Below, one piece after another: positions 25,641 to 39,600 of a stretch of DNA of 64,000 bases. Location: NCBI RefSeq assembly GCF_020745735.1, contig NC_083402.1:7812001-7876000 (forward strand), given 5' to 3'. A program made the translations under genes and the position numbers. The notes beneath the pieces are model-generated. The model ran no database searches. It worked only from the letters and a program-made list of their open reading frames with translations, and was not told the DNA's origin. Positions within the stretch are counted from its first letter, which is position 1. Every line of letters starts with the position of its first letter. Source of the stretch: Hemiscyllium ocellatum. Its lineage: Eukaryota.

Positions 25641-26047
25641 CTTGTATCTTTCTCTGTACATCTCCTACTCTTTCCCATCACACTTTGATTATCATTCACC
25701 TCTTCACTACCCTGCATTATCTGCTCTCATTTTTTTTGATTGGTTGACAGGAAAACTAATAAAATATGGATAATTATGAGTGCTCAGATAGGATAGGCAA
25801 GAAGGTCCTTTCTTCATTCATACTGGGGTCAATAAATAAAAAATATAGATTTAAGGTCGGAGATAGAGGGTGAGAGGAGACTTAACAGATTCTTCCTCAT
25901 GTAGGGGTTAATAAGAGTCTGGAACTCACTGCCTGAAAGGGCGGTTGAGTTATAAACACTGGTAACATTTGTACTTCAATGTTCATTTGCATTTCTATTT
26001 GCCTCTTCTGTAGCCTGCACCTCTGTTCTCCTGATAAGCTGTTAGAA

Positions 26048-26093
26048 TGTCAGGAGTGGGATTTGAACCCACACCCCTAGAAAGGGACCAGAA
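26048..26093 (-). pseudogene. 3' half of a tRNA-Leu-like sequence
   Basis: ttctggtccctttctaggggtgtgggttcaaatcccactcctgaca resembles the tRNA-Leu variable arm, T arm and acceptor end; the 5' half is absent. Confidence 0.5.
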
Positions 26094-26718
26094 TTCACAA
26101 GCCCAGATGCAGAGCAAGTATTAACACTCCTTTCCAGCATCTGCAGTCATTGATTTTACCTTGCACCTCTGCTCTGTCATTTCTATTTTTCCGAATCCCT
26201 GCAGTATGAAAACAGGAGATTTGACCCAACAAATCCACATTGACCCTCTGAACAGCATCCCTTTTTGATTTTCAAAATTCCCTCCAACTGAATCCCACCT
26301 CCCACCGCGATCTCCACCCCACTAATTACATTAAAGCCCTCAATAAGTTGGTTAAGAAGGCTTTTAGATGGAGAGCTGCAAAATGGGAGAAGTAGAGTGA
26401 GATCATTGTTGACTGATACAGACATGATCACCCAAAATGGCCTCCTTCTACACTGTAAATGTCTAAGGTTGATGAATCTACAAGGAAAACATGAAGGAAT
26501 AAATCATCACGCTCGGAATAGTCAATTGTCACTACTTTCATTTAGATAAAACAAATGATTTCTCCCTGATGAAGAAACCGCAGTGAAGGAAAAGGCACAT
26601 CGTGCTGAGCAGTAACAGTTTGGGAACTAAATACCAGACAGCAAACAGACCATCAAGGAGGAGGCAATTCCATGATGAACAAAGTGGATTTGAAAGGTCA
26701 GTATTAGAAAGTACTTAC

Positions 26719-26748
26719 TGTGACCCCGTACTGAAACTGCCAGCAGGA
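26719..26748 (-). CDS. Candidate 30-nt microexon, second half of a split signal peptide
   Basis: Strong acceptor ctctctatgtttgtctttctgcag and donor ACA|GTAAGT. The phase 1-1 reading LLAVSVRGH joins V2 in frame (..VRGH-T-DSVNAWSM). No matching first leader exon was identified. Confidence 0.4.
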
Positions 26749-27830
26749 CTGCAGAAAGACAAACATAGAGAGACCTCATCGTTAATACTTCACCATTTCA
26801 TCCTTCTCACTCACTTACTCTTGTCCTTTTACAGAAGTTACTTGACTTCCTGCCAAATAAATGTGAGGCAATCATACACGATACGAACAACAAACGGGGA
26901 AGTCTGTGTACGGTCAGTAGGAGCTGACAGAATGACAAAACTATTCTAAAACAGAGGCACCAACCACAGCAACCGTTGAGAAAAAGAGATGTTACATCAG
27001 TTTCCAACACAATTCTCAAAATCATCAGCTTCAGCATCAAACACTCTGTGAGCTGGGGCAGGACAGTGTTAGAGACAGAGTAAAGCTCTTTCAGCACTGT
27101 CTCCATCAAACACTCCCAGGACAGCCACAGCTCAGGGTTGGATCCAGAGTAACACTCCTTCTACTTTTTAAAATTGAAATTAACCAGAAGGAAAGCACCT
27201 TTCCATTGTCCCCCCGAATGGGTACAAAGACTCAGGAGGGAGACAGGATCCAGGCACGTGGCCAACGTTTATTCAAGTAAAAACCAGTTAGTGCAGGGAG
27301 ACGACCAAAGGGCCCTTTCTCATACACCTGCTCTCTCTCAGACACACATACACTCCCCACACTCACACCCAAGCACAAATCCTCTCACAGGCTTATACAC
27401 CGTCACACTCACACAGACTACCAAGTACGCACACACGCAAACACACACTCTCAAGCACTCACATTCACATCCACACATACACACTCAAGTGCAAACACTC
27501 ACACTCTCTCGCTCTCTCACTCACATACATACACACACTCTCTCTCTCTCTGTCCCTCACATGCTCACACACATTTATATTGGGTGAATGTGAATTTGCA
27601 AAAGTGCAGGGACATTCCATTTTGTCAAAAAGTCCACAACCTGCAGGCAGTCAATGCCGGCAGCTAATCCATGTAACATTTTATAAATTCCTACTTTGGA
27701 AATAGAACCAGTCTGACTCAAAATTGGAATACAGACAGACTCTAACCTCACACCTTTAATGCATTAACTGAACTAAGATGTCACCTTTTACTCTAAAACT
27801 GTAAGTTATCTCAAGAATGTGATTTTTTTT

Positions 27831-30800
27831 TAACATAGAGCACAGAACAGGCTCTTCAGCCCACGATGTTGTGCCAACCGTTGATCCTCACGTAAGGTAA
27901 ACCTAATGTACGAACTCTCAAATGTCTGTGACCATATGCATGTCCAGCAGCTCTCTTAAATGTCCCCAATGACCTTGCTTCCACAACAGCTGCTGGCAAC
28001 ACATTCCATGCTCTCACAACTCTCTGCATTAAGAACCCACCTCTGACATCCCCTCTATACTTTCCGCCAAACAGCTTAAAACTATGACCCCTCATGTTAA
28101 TGATTTCTGCTCTGGGAAAAAGTCTCTGGCTATCAACTCTATCTATGCCTCTCATTATCTTGTACACCTCAATTAGGTCCCCTCTCTTCCTTCTTTTTTC
28201 CAATGAAAAAAGTCCGAGCTCAGTCAACCTCTCCTCATATGAAAAGCCCTCCAGTCCAGCAGCACCCTGGTAAACCTCCTCTGAACCCTCTCCAAAGCAT
28301 CCACATCTTTCCTATAATAGGGCGACCAGAACTGGACACAGTATTCCAAGTGCAGGTCTAACAAAAGTTTTATAGAGCTGCAACAAGATCTCACGGCTCT
28401 TAAACTCAATATTCCTGTTAATGAAAGCCAAAACACCATATGCTTTCTTAACAACCCTGTCCACTTGGGTGGCAATTTTAAGGGATCTATGTACCTACAC
28501 ACCAAGATCCCGCTGTTCCTCCACACTGACAAGAATCCTGTCTTGAATCCTGTACTCAGCTTTCAAGTACGACCTTCCAAAATGCATCACTTCACATTTA
28601 TCCAGGTTGAACTCCATCTGCCACCTCTCAGCCCATCTGTGCATCCTGTCAATGTCCCGCTGCGCCTACAGCAGTCCTCTATACTGTCAATGACATCTCC
28701 AACCTTTGTGTCATCTGCAAACTTGCTAACCCATCCTTCAATCTCCTCATCCAAGTCATTGTTAAAAATTACAAAGAGTAGAGGCCCAAGAACAGAGCCC
28801 TGTGGAACACTGCTCACCTCCAGGCAGAATACTTTCCTTCCACTACCACTCACTGTCTTCTGTTGGCCAGCCAATTCTGTATCCAGACAGCTAAGTTTCC
28901 CTGTATCCCATTCCTCCTGACCTTCTGAACGAGCCTACCATGGGGAACCTTCCTGAAGTCCACATACCACATCCACCGCTCAGACCTCATCAACTTGTCT
29001 AGTAACATCCTCAAAGAACTCAATAAGATTAGTGAGGCATGACCTTCCCCTCACAAAGCTGTGCTGACTGCATTTAATCAAGCCATGCTCTTCCAGATGG
29101 TCATAAATCCTATCCCTCAGAATCCTTTCTAACACCTTGCAGACAACAGACGTGAGACTGACTGGTCTGTAATTGCCGGAGATTTCTCTATTTCCTTTCT
29201 TGAAGAGAGGAATTACATTTGCCTCTCTCCAGTCCTCAGGTATGACTCTGGTGGAGAGCGAGAATGCAAAGATCTTCGCAAGTGGTGAAGCAATCACATT
29301 TCTCGCTTCCCAAAGCAGCCAAGGACAAATCTGGTCTGGCCCTGGCGACTTGTCAATCTTAATGTTTGACAAAATTTTCAGCACATCAGCTTCCTCAATC
29401 TCTATCCATTCCAGCATGCGTACCTGCTCCTCAATGGTTTCATTCACTACAAGGTCCTTTTTGTTAGTAAAGACAGAAGCATAAAACTCATTTAGGGCCT
29501 CCCCTACCTCCTCAGACTCTATACACAAGTTCCCTATGCTATCCCTGATCGGCCCTACTCTTTCCTTGATCATTCTCTTATTCCTCACATACGTGTAAAA
29601 TGCCTTCGGATTCATCCTAATCCTTTCTGCCAAGCCTTTCTCGTGCCCCCTCCTGGCTCTCCTCAGACTATTTTTGAGCTCCTTCCTCGCCTGCCTGTAA
29701 TCCCCTAGAGCTGAACAAGACCCTAGCTTCTTCCACCTTACGTAAGCTGCCTTCTTTCTTTTGATGAGGATATCCTCCGCTCTCGTCATCCAAGGTTCCT
29801 TTATCTTACCCCTTCTTGCCTGTCTCAGAGGAACACATTTGTGCATCACTCGCAACAACTCTTCCTTAAACATTCTCACATGTCTATAGTGCCCTTTCCA
29901 TGGAACAATTGCTCCCAGTTCATGCTTCCCAACTCACATTTGATAGCATCATAGTTTCCTTTTCCTCAGTTAAATATCCTCCCATTGTGCACGCTTCTCT
30001 CCTTCTCCATAGCTATGTAGAATGTGAGGCAGTTGTAGTCACTATCACCAAAATGCTCTCCCACCACAAGATCTGACACCTGCCCTGAATCATTGTCGCG
30101 CACCAAATCCAAAATGGCCTCTCCCCACGTCGGCCTGTCAACGTACTGAGTTAGGAAACCCTCCTGAACACACCTTACAAAAACAGCTCCTTCCAAAACA
30201 TCTGCTCGAAGGAGGTTCCAATCAATATTGGGAAAGTTAAAGTCACCCATTACAACAACCCTACTACATTCACACGTTTCCAAAATCTGCCGACCGATGC
30301 TTTCTTCAATCTCCCTGCTGCTATTGGGGGGCCTGTAGTAAACCCCTAATGAGATGACTGCTCCCTTACTGTTCCTAATTTCCACCAATACTGACTCAGT
30401 AGGCAGACCCTCCTCGACAATGGTAACTTCTGTAGCTGTGATACCCTCTCTGATTAGCAGTGCTACACCCCCTCCTCTTTTTCCCCCCTCCCTATTCTTT
30501 TTAAATGCTCTAAACCCAGGAACGTCCAGCAACCATTCCTGCCCCTGAGAAACCCACATCTCTGTAATGGCCACAACATCATAGCACCAGGTACTGATCC
30601 ATGCTCTAAGCTCATCACTTTTATTCCTGATAATCCTTGCATTAAAGCAAACATACTTTGAACCAATCCTTTGGTTCTTTCCCAGGAAATTCCTTCCCAC
30701 TGACTGCGCTACCTCTTGCTATTGCCTCATCTGCATCAATTCTCACCTCCGGTATACAGCTCAGGTTCCCACCCCCCTGCCATACTAGTTTAAACCCTCC

Positions 30801-31930
30801 TGAAGCACTCGAGCAAACCTTCCACCCAGGACATTGGTCCCCTTCCAGTTCAGATGCAACCCGTCCTTCATGTAGAGGTCCCACCTTCCCCAGAAGACAT
30901 CCCAATTATCTACATATCTGAAGCCCTCCCTCCTACACCAGCTGCACAGCCACGTGTTAAGCTGCGCCCGCTCCCTGTTCCTCGCCTCACTATCTCGTGG
31001 CACCAGTAGTAAACCTGAGAACTCGACTCTGTTCGTCCTGCTCTGCAGTTTCCACCCTAACTCCCTGAAATCACTTTTTATATCCTCAATCCTTTTCCTG
31101 GCTATATCATTGGTGCCAATATGCAACACGATTTCTGGCTGTTCGCCCTCCCCTTTCAGAATCGCGTACACCCAATCGGAGACATCCTGGACCCTGGCAC
31201 CAGGAGGCGACATACCTTCCGGGAATCCCGATCCTCACCACACAATCTCCTGTCAATTCCCCTAACATTCGAGTCCCCTACCACGAGTGCTTTTCTATTC
31301 TGCCCCCTTCCCTTCTGGGCCACAGTGTCAGGCTCAGTGCCAGAGAACTGACCACTATGGCTTTCCTCTGGTCGGTCATCCCCCCCCCTAGCAGTATCCG
31401 AAACGATATACTTATTGCTGAGGGGAATGTCCCCAGGGGATCTCTGCACTGTCTGTCTGTCCCCTTTCCTCCCCCTGACTGTAACCCATCTATCCTTATC
31501 CTGAGCCTCAGGAGTGACCAACTGCCGGTAACTCCTCTCAATTACCCCCTCAGCCTCCCGAATGATCCGCAGTTCATCCAGCTCCAGCTCCAATTCCCGA
31601 ACACAATTTTAAAGGAGCTGGAGTTGGGTGCACTTCCCGCAGATGGAGCCAGCGGAGACGTGTGTCATGTCTCTCACCTGCCACATTCTGCAGGAGGAGC
31701 AAGCCGCCTTGCTAATATATATGGTCACTTACTTTCCTTCCCAGCAGCCCCTCTGGTCCGTGTCACTTCGCCCACTGCTCCCACTCCTACTGTGGAGGAA
31801 AAACACCGCTGGTGACTACCGGTAAGTAATGTTAAACATCTCCTTTACCTTAGCTGTAGCCTTCCTGGTTCACCTTACCTCCGCTGCTGCTCCCACTCTA
31901 AAAGGTCACTGGCGTCGAAGGGTAAGTACT
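27831..31930 (-). mobile_element. Near full-length CR1 LINE, degenerate
   Basis: ORF1 esterase remnant 30785-31593 (GDSNVRG, IGTNDI). ORF2 endonuclease 29966-30700 (GVYYRPP, MGDFNFP). RT 27856-29879 ([15 protein letters not shown]). Confidence 0.9.
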
Positions 31931-33599
31931 TATAGTCACTCCTTTCCTTTGAGAGGAGTTCTGGGATTTACATAATAATGAACCTAAAACTGTAACACCA
32001 ATCTAGGTTTGATCAATCTATCGTTTCAATTGCATGATCTTTTGCTATAAATTCTGTGCCTGATGATCCTGCTCCACAGCGACCTGATGAAGGAGCAGCG
32101 CTCCGGAAGCTCCTACTTCCAAATAAACCTGTTGGACTCGAACCTGGTGTTGTGTGATTTTTAACTTTGTCCCATGTAAGACACTTCCAGTTTGCCGAGC
32201 TGTGCTTTCTTTGGTTTTATTTTTAATCCAGAAGCTACAATGGTTTTTAACGTTTTCAGTCCTGTCTTGTAGTGTTTTCCCTCAGTAGTAGAAGCAATCA
32301 GCATATCGTCAACCTATTGTCATCTTACACACTCTGTTTTGGGAACTTTTGCTATTACATCTGCCATTGCCTGGTGAAATATAGCAGAGCTAATGAGGAG
32401 ACCTTGTGGAACTCTTGTCCAGGTGTACTGTCAGTCACCTGTGGTAAAGACAAATGTATATTGGTGTTTGGGGTCTATAGGCAGAGTCCAGAACCCATTT
32501 GCTATGTCTAGGATGATAAAGGTCTTGGTTTCTGACCCGATATTGTTTATTATAGTGTTGGGATCTGCATCACCAGGCCCCAGTGTATCTACATATTTCT
32601 TTAGACTGCTATAGTCAGTCGTTATTCTGTATGATCCTTCGGGTTTCTTCACTGGCCACTTTTGGGAGTTTGAGGTGGAACAAGTTTCTTTTATTATTCC
32701 CTGTTTCTCCAAACCATTCTCATTCTCTTTAATTGCCTCAACAGCTTCAGGTCTGATGGGGTACTGTCTTTCAGGTGGGTGTACATTCCCAGGAATTTCA
32801 GTCGGTGTTCTGTCCAATCTCCTTCACTGGGTTTTGGGGGTTGCTCATAATTTGGGACACATCATCGCCAATTTGTGGTCGGGGTTCTCGGAATCCCATT
32901 CCCACTCTATTGTGACAGCACGGATACTCTTAAGGAGGCAGCCAATCCTTGTCTTTCCACATTTAAACTGGTGAGCCCATTTTGGCCTCTCGCACATCAA
33001 TTATGGCTCCAACTTATTCCAATAAATCCATCCCCAGGACACCACCTTCAGTATTTTTACGCACATAAATATGAGAATTAATTACACAATCAGCTATTTT
33101 TATTTCAAGCAGTTGGCTGAGAGTGGCTGGTTGAATCCCACTACTCCCTCCCTGTACTTTTAAATTTTTATTTGATAATGGTAAATCCAAATCTGTAATA
33201 CAGATAGAGGCTCCAGTGCCTATGAACATACTGCACGGCCGGCCCCCTAACAGCGTGCTTATATACACCTGGTTATCCCCTTCTATTTGTCCGAGCACCA
33301 CCAGCCATCACCTGTTCACGATTAGTTTCTGCAGCTCACTTGCTGTAAATTGTATGACAGTCCTCTCACTGCTGTTGCCATTGGCAACCGGCTGGGTGTT
33401 TCCCTGATTCTGCCTTGGTTCCTGTCCGTGCCTGCCTCCCCTGGGGAACCAGCAGTTCTCTCCGTTGTGTCCTCATTCTCCACTATTCTCACATTTCTTA
33501 TTGTGGCAGTTCTTGGTGAAGTTATTGCACACAAATCACTCTCTTTCCTTCAGGCAGGCTCCCTGTCTGTGTGTATTCCCTGTCACAACTTCTCGTTTT

Positions 33600-34160
33600 T
33601 ATTCATGCGGGGAATGAGAGCATCACTGACAGGGCCAGCATTGATTGCCCATCCCTAATTGCCCAGAGGGCAGTTAAGATTCTGGATTAATGGTGCTGGA
33701 AGAGCACAGCAGTTCAGGCAGCATCCGAGGAGAGGTAAAATCAACATTTCGGGCAAAATACTGCCGTAGTATTCCTGATGAAGGGCTTTTGCCCGAAACA
33801 TCGATTTTATTGCTCCTTGGATGCTGCCTGAACTGCTGTGCTCTTCCAGCACCACTCATCCAGAATCTGGTTTCCAGCATCTGCAGACATTGTTTTTACT
33901 GAGGGCAGTTAAGAGTCAACCGCATTGGGTCTGGAGTCATATGTAGGCCAGACCAGGTGAGGATGGCTGTTCCCTTCCCTCAAGGACATTATGACCCAAA
34001 TGGGTTTATTGGTTTCATGGTCATCATTAGAATCTTGATTCCAGATATTTATTGAATTCAAACCCCACTGTCTGCCATGGTGGGATTCAAACCCGAGCAC
34101 CCAGAACCTTACCTGGGTCTTTGGATGAACAGCCCAGCGATCATACCACTCAGCCATTGT
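33600..34160 (-). mobile_element. tRNA-headed SINE; related copies at about 10100-10380, 41950-42330, 46630-47010 and 56440-56750
   Basis: Recurrent gagggcagttaagagtcaac...gggattcaaaccc...ataccact sequence with a B-box. Confidence 0.65.
33680..33900. mobile_element. Fold-back pLTR insertion with about 81-bp arms inside a SINE
   Basis: Arms 33678-33758 and 33787-33867. Hammerhead core CTGATGAAGGGCTTTTGCCCGAAAC from 33775. 14-bp TSD gagggcagttaaga at 33666-33679 and 33901-33914. Confidence 0.85.
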
Positions 34161-35409
34161 GTGTGAGCTCCTTGATGATTTTCTGCCTTCCTAGCCCAAT
34201 TGAGTGCTCTCTTAACTTGTGTTAATTCCTGAATATTTTCATCCTCCAGTCTCTATTTACAGGTCCCTTCACCCAGTAGCGATAAAATAACATCATCCAT
34301 GGATTCAAAATTCCGAAAGGAAGTATCCATCCATTCCATGAGAAGCAGAATGGGTTCATTAGTTTTCAACAATGGAAAAAGGGGAGGGGGCACACGGTCT
34401 TGTAGGTAATTCAATCATCCGTCGTTCCTCCTCCTACAAAATAAATGTTACACTTTAGGAAACAACCCACCTCCTTTGTTAAATTTGCCTTTCCTAATTA
34501 TTTTATCAGCTTTATCAGATTTTAGAACAGACCATCAGAATTTTGACCAAAGGGAATTGTATTTCCAAGATTCCACATTTCATAGTTTGTTTGGATTGTC
34601 TCACACCAAAGTACCTTTACAATGAGCAAATTTTATCATCTGGAATTAAAGATTCACTCATGCGTTAGAACAGTGTTTGCAAGTTCATTCTAGCAAGAAA
34701 CTGCAATCCCAAACATGATAATTTCTGGAATGAAAATTTTACCCAAGTCCAAACACAGCACGGAGTCAATTCCAAAAACTTTTACCAAGCTTGACGAACC
34801 AACTTCTTAAATCAACATTTTGTCGCAGACTTCTGCCATGCACAACCACTGATAGTTTCTTAAACGGACACTATATTAACCAGACTTGCTCACACATGGC
34901 ACATATCACGTTTCCAAATCACCAAACATTTCCAAAATGCAAACTAACTTCAACATATCCTCAGATCTAAAGTTCCAAGAAACAAAAACACATAAATTGC
35001 ACAAGACAACATTTTGCTAACAACACTCCTGCATTCAAACCAAACCACAAAGAGTTAATCCTTCGACAAGATTCAATAAACCAGCCCTGTGCAGAAATTC
35101 AGTCTTCCCATCTCACTTTTTCACGTATGAACACTGCTTTTTCACGTATTTCAGCTTAATTCTGTTCCTTTTTTGTATTCTGCTTAAACAGCCACAAAGC
35201 TGATTAACCCATTGTACCCTTTCTCTTTCTTTGACCCAGCCACCAAGCTTCCTGTTCTGATTCAGTTCCCTCCCTATTCCATCAGCCCTCTGTCATATCT
35301 TTAATTCAGGTTTTATTTTTCTTAAACACAGACTGATCTGGAACCCACTGGGTTTTTCTTTTCAGTTCTATCCTGCCATTATCTCTCCTGGCTGTGTCTG
35401 ATTCCATTT

Positions 35410-36630
35410 AGAGTCAGAGTCATACAGATGTACAGCATGGAAACAGACCCTTCAGTCCAATCCGTCCATGCCGAACAGATATCCCAACCCAAACTATTCC
35501 CACCTGCCAGCACCTGGCCCATTTCCCTCCAAACCCTTCCTATTCATATACCCATCCAAATGCCTCTTAAATGTTGCAATTGTACCAGCTTCCACCACTT
35601 ACTCTGGCAGCTCATTCCATACACGTACCACCCTCTGTGTGAAAAAGTTGTCCCTTAGGTCTCTTTTATATCTTTCCCCTCTCACCCTAAACATGTGATC
35701 TCTAGTTCTTGTCTCCCCAACCCCAGGGAAAAGACTTTGTCTGTTTATCCTATCCATGTCCCTCATAATTTTGTAAACCACTATAAGGTCACCCTCAACC
35801 TCTGATTCTCCAGGGAAAACAGCCCCAGCCTGTTCAGCCTCTCCCACTAGCTCAAATCCTTCAATCCTGGCAACATCCTTGTAAATCTTTTCTGAATCCT
35901 TTCAAGTTTCACAGCAGCCTTTCAATAGGAAGGAGACCAGAATTGCATGCAATATTCCAACAGTGGCCAAACCAATGTCCTGTACAGCAGCAATATGTCC
36001 TCCCAACTCCTGTACTCAATACTCTGACCAATAAATGAAAGCATACTAAACGCTCCTTCACTATCTTATCTACCTGCAACTCCACTTTCAAGGAGCTATG
36101 AACCTGCACTCCAAGGTCCCTTTGTTCAGCAACACTCCCTAGGACCTTACCATTAAGTGTATAAGTCCTGCTAAGATCTTCTTTTGTAAAATGCAGCACC
36201 TCGCAGTTATCTGAATTAAACTCCATTTGCCACTTCTCAGCCCATTGGCCATCTGGTCAAGATTCTGTTGTAATCTGAGGTAACCTTCTTCACTGTCCAC
36301 TGCACCTCCAGTTTTGGTGTCATCTACACACTTACTAACTGTACCTCTTATGTTCGCATCCAAATCATTTATGTAAATGACAAAACGTAGTGGACCCAGC
36401 ACCGATCCCCGTAGCACTCCACTGGTCACAGGCCTCCAGTCTGAAAAACAACCCCCCACCACCACCCTCTGTCTTCAACCATTGAGTCAGTTCTGCATCC
36501 AAATGGCTAGTTCTCCCTGTATTCCATGAGATCTCACCTTGCTAACCAGTCTCCCATGGGTAACCCTGTCGAATGCCTTACTGAAGTCCATATAGATCAC
36601 ATCTACAGCTCTGCCCTCATCTAACCTCTT
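35410..36630 (-). mobile_element. CR1 3' fragment
   Basis: YMDFSKAFD, GSVLGPL and RTRDH motifs; typical 3' tail. Confidence 0.85.
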
Positions 36631-39600
36631 TGTTCCTTCTTCATGCCTTAGGGTCTCCCTTGCTCTCTTTGTTTTCACACTGTCCCTTGCTCAAGACTCT
36701 TGGTCTCTCTTTATTTTGCATTCTCTCACTCGAGTCTCTTGGTGTCTCTTTGTCTCACACTGTGACGTGCCGGGCACCCCCTGTCCACCCCGATCTGTAA
36801 TTCTGTCTCCTCCTGCTCACTCCAATTAAACATTTTTTTTGCCCTGCCCCTAATGGTATTAATCATAGAGTCATAGAGATCTAGAGCACAGTAAAAGGCC
36901 CTTTGGCCCATTGAGTCCATGCTGGTCAAAACCAACCATCACCTATTCCAGTTTGATTATCCAGCACTTGCCCCATTGCCTAATACATCAACATCACAAG
37001 TGCACATCTAAACACTTCTTAAACAGAGAGTTTCTATCTGTGTCACCCTTACAAGCAATGACTTACAGATTCCCACCATCGTCCGGGTGAAAAGGTTTCC
37101 TTCGCATCCCTGATAAACTTCTAACATTCACCAAAAAATCTTCAGGCAGTACCTTCCCAACCCACTACCTCCTCCAGCTAAACGTTCAGTGACAGTTGAC
37201 AAATGGGAACACCACCACCTGCAAATTCCCCTCCAAGGCACTCACCATCATGGCTTGGAAATATAGCATCACTCCTTTACTCTTGTTAGGTCAAATTTCT
37301 GGAATTCACTCCCCAAAGGCATTGTGGGTCTGCCAGCAGCATGTGGACTGCAGTGGTTCACGAAGTAAAAATCACACAACACCAGGTTAGGGTCCAGCAG
37401 GTTTATTAGGAAGCACTAGCTTTCCTTCGTCAGGTGGTTGTGGAGTATCAGATCGTAAGATACTGAATTTCTAGCAAATGTTTACATTGTGATGCAACTG
37501 AAATTATGTTGAGAAAGACCTGAATTGTTTGTTTCATCTCTGATTTTTTTAGAATGATCATGTTGGTTTCAGTTCTTTCGTATGTGAAGCTCAGAACAAT
37601 TGTTTACAATTTACATTCTCAAGTGAACTTTAACAACAGATGCCATTTCAGATGCCAGCTCAGATAATGCGTTGAAGGTTTGAGATTCCCTGTGTGAGGC
37701 TGCCTGTGACCATGGTTCACACGGAGTCTATTTTTTAAAAAAGGATTTACAGAATCATACATGGATTTATCTAGTTTTTTGAGCAAAATAAAATGTAATT
37801 TTGCAAGTACAAATACAAGGCACAGACGTGTGTGCGTGTGTGTGTGTGTGTGCATGCACATGCATGTGGGTGTTTATTAGTCAAAGGGAAGTGTGATAAA
37901 TGGTGTAATTTTACAATGTTTACAGGCACAGAAAGATTGTCATTGGAAACAGTTTCTCATGACTTGCTTTCGAAAGACTCTTTTTGAATTGGCACAGCCC
38001 AATCAAATCTCTCCTGAATCTTCTCTGCTGTAAAAATAACACCAGTTCCTCCAGAGAACTGAAGTCTCTCTTCTATGGAACCATTCGATACTTCTGCTTT
38101 GTACAAAAACATCTTCCTTAAAGGTTAGTGCAAGCTTCAAAGACTTCTCAATGTGCATTTCTGCTAACTTTCTGTTCCTGTAACCATTGTAAAATTACAC
38201 CATTTATCACACCTCTCTTTGTTCTTCCTATCATGATGTGTCACTTCACCCTTCCCAGTGTTAACTTTCATTTGGCCGGCCATTTCACCAGCCTATATGC
38301 CCCAGAGCCTGTCAGCACTTTCCTCACTCTTCACTGGGTTTTTGAATTTTGTGTCATCTGCAAACATTGGAGTTTGTCCTGTATCCCTGAGTGTAGATCA
38401 TTCACAAAGATCAAGAAGAGAATTATATCACCAGTGCTGCACACTTCCCTCCCGTCTGAAATAAAACCACAGACCACAGCGCTCTGCTTCCTGGCCCAAA
38501 GCCAATTTCCAAACCACACAGCCAGTAACTTTGAACCTCATCTGCTTCAATTTAAAGAAGATATGTACATCGAACTTCACAGCAGGGGCAAGCCCTATGG
38601 CCCATTGAGTTTTCTCCACAATTCATTAAGACCATAACTATTCTGGTTCTGGCTCAGTTCCGCTCTCCTACCTTGTCCCCACTACTCTCGATAAGACCAA
38701 AGGCTGGTAGTCAGACAGCATGTGTTAGCACCGAGGCTATAGGGATGAGAGGGATTGGTGGGAAGGGACGGAGTCATTAGTTGACACAAACAGTGAAAGA
38801 GTTTCATCTTTTGTGTTTTGAATCCACCCAGGGTCACAGCTCTCTCCATGATGTCCATCACTCCTCAGACAGCTATTCTCAATACATCCTGAGACCCACA
38901 CTCAGTGCTATGTGCCATCATATACACACTCTTGACCTCTCTCTCCATCAGCACCCCTTCACACTGTCTCAAAGCTGTCCTGAGCCTCACTTTGACATAA
39001 TTCTCTGGCTTGTTCAACAGATAACATGAAACTTTTTCTCTTCCTTTCAGGCATGAACACAAGCTGCAACAATTCAGAGTTACCCCCATCCCTCTGGAAC
39101 CTTCCTCCACCCATTGTCCCACTTGTCTCTCCCCATTCTCCTACCTCCACCTCTTGTTGGACATTCACTATCCCTTCTCCGATGCTGAATGTTCTGTACT
39201 CAGCAAAGGTCTCAGTTTTAATCACTTTGCACTCCCACCTCACCGAGGTTCAGGCACGACATGATGTTGATCTCTTCTTCCATTGCCTTTGCCTCTGTGC
39301 CCATTTCTTTGGACAGGAGTCCTCTGTCCTCAGCCTGAGCTACAAATCTTCCAAACTCGCTCACCCCTTACAGCAATGAAGCTTTCTATTTTTATATTGG
39401 TAGTCAACTAATTCATTACTGCAAGATGTCACAGACAATGTGATAATGTTGCCATAATCTGGTCAAAGGACTGAACAGGAGAGTTGGATTCGCCTGTATT
39501 GATCACAGGGTACAGACATTGGGCAGGGCAGAAACACTAAACACAGGGAAAAAATAGAGAATTATTTAAATGAGTAGGACTGCAGAATTCTGAGGTGTGG

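Larger units (their letters stand above)
32170..35400 (-). mobile_element. Endogenous retrovirus remnant, spuma/loki-like pro-pol with probable gag upstream
   Basis: Protease-like FIGTGASIC. RT motifs RQYPIRPEA, WPVKKPEGSYR, LDIANGFWTLPI, QYTWTRVPQG, *VDDMLIAS (32305-32316) and GLKIKPKKAQL. Extent of gag is inferred. Confidence 0.75.

Noticed and set aside
26048-26093. Functional tRNA-Leu gene
   Set aside because: Only the 3' half is present; no D arm or 5' acceptor strand.
26835-26925. ITIM-like IVYDCL in a minus-strand frame
   Set aside because: No upstream TM exon links to it, and several conflicting exon readings overlap here.
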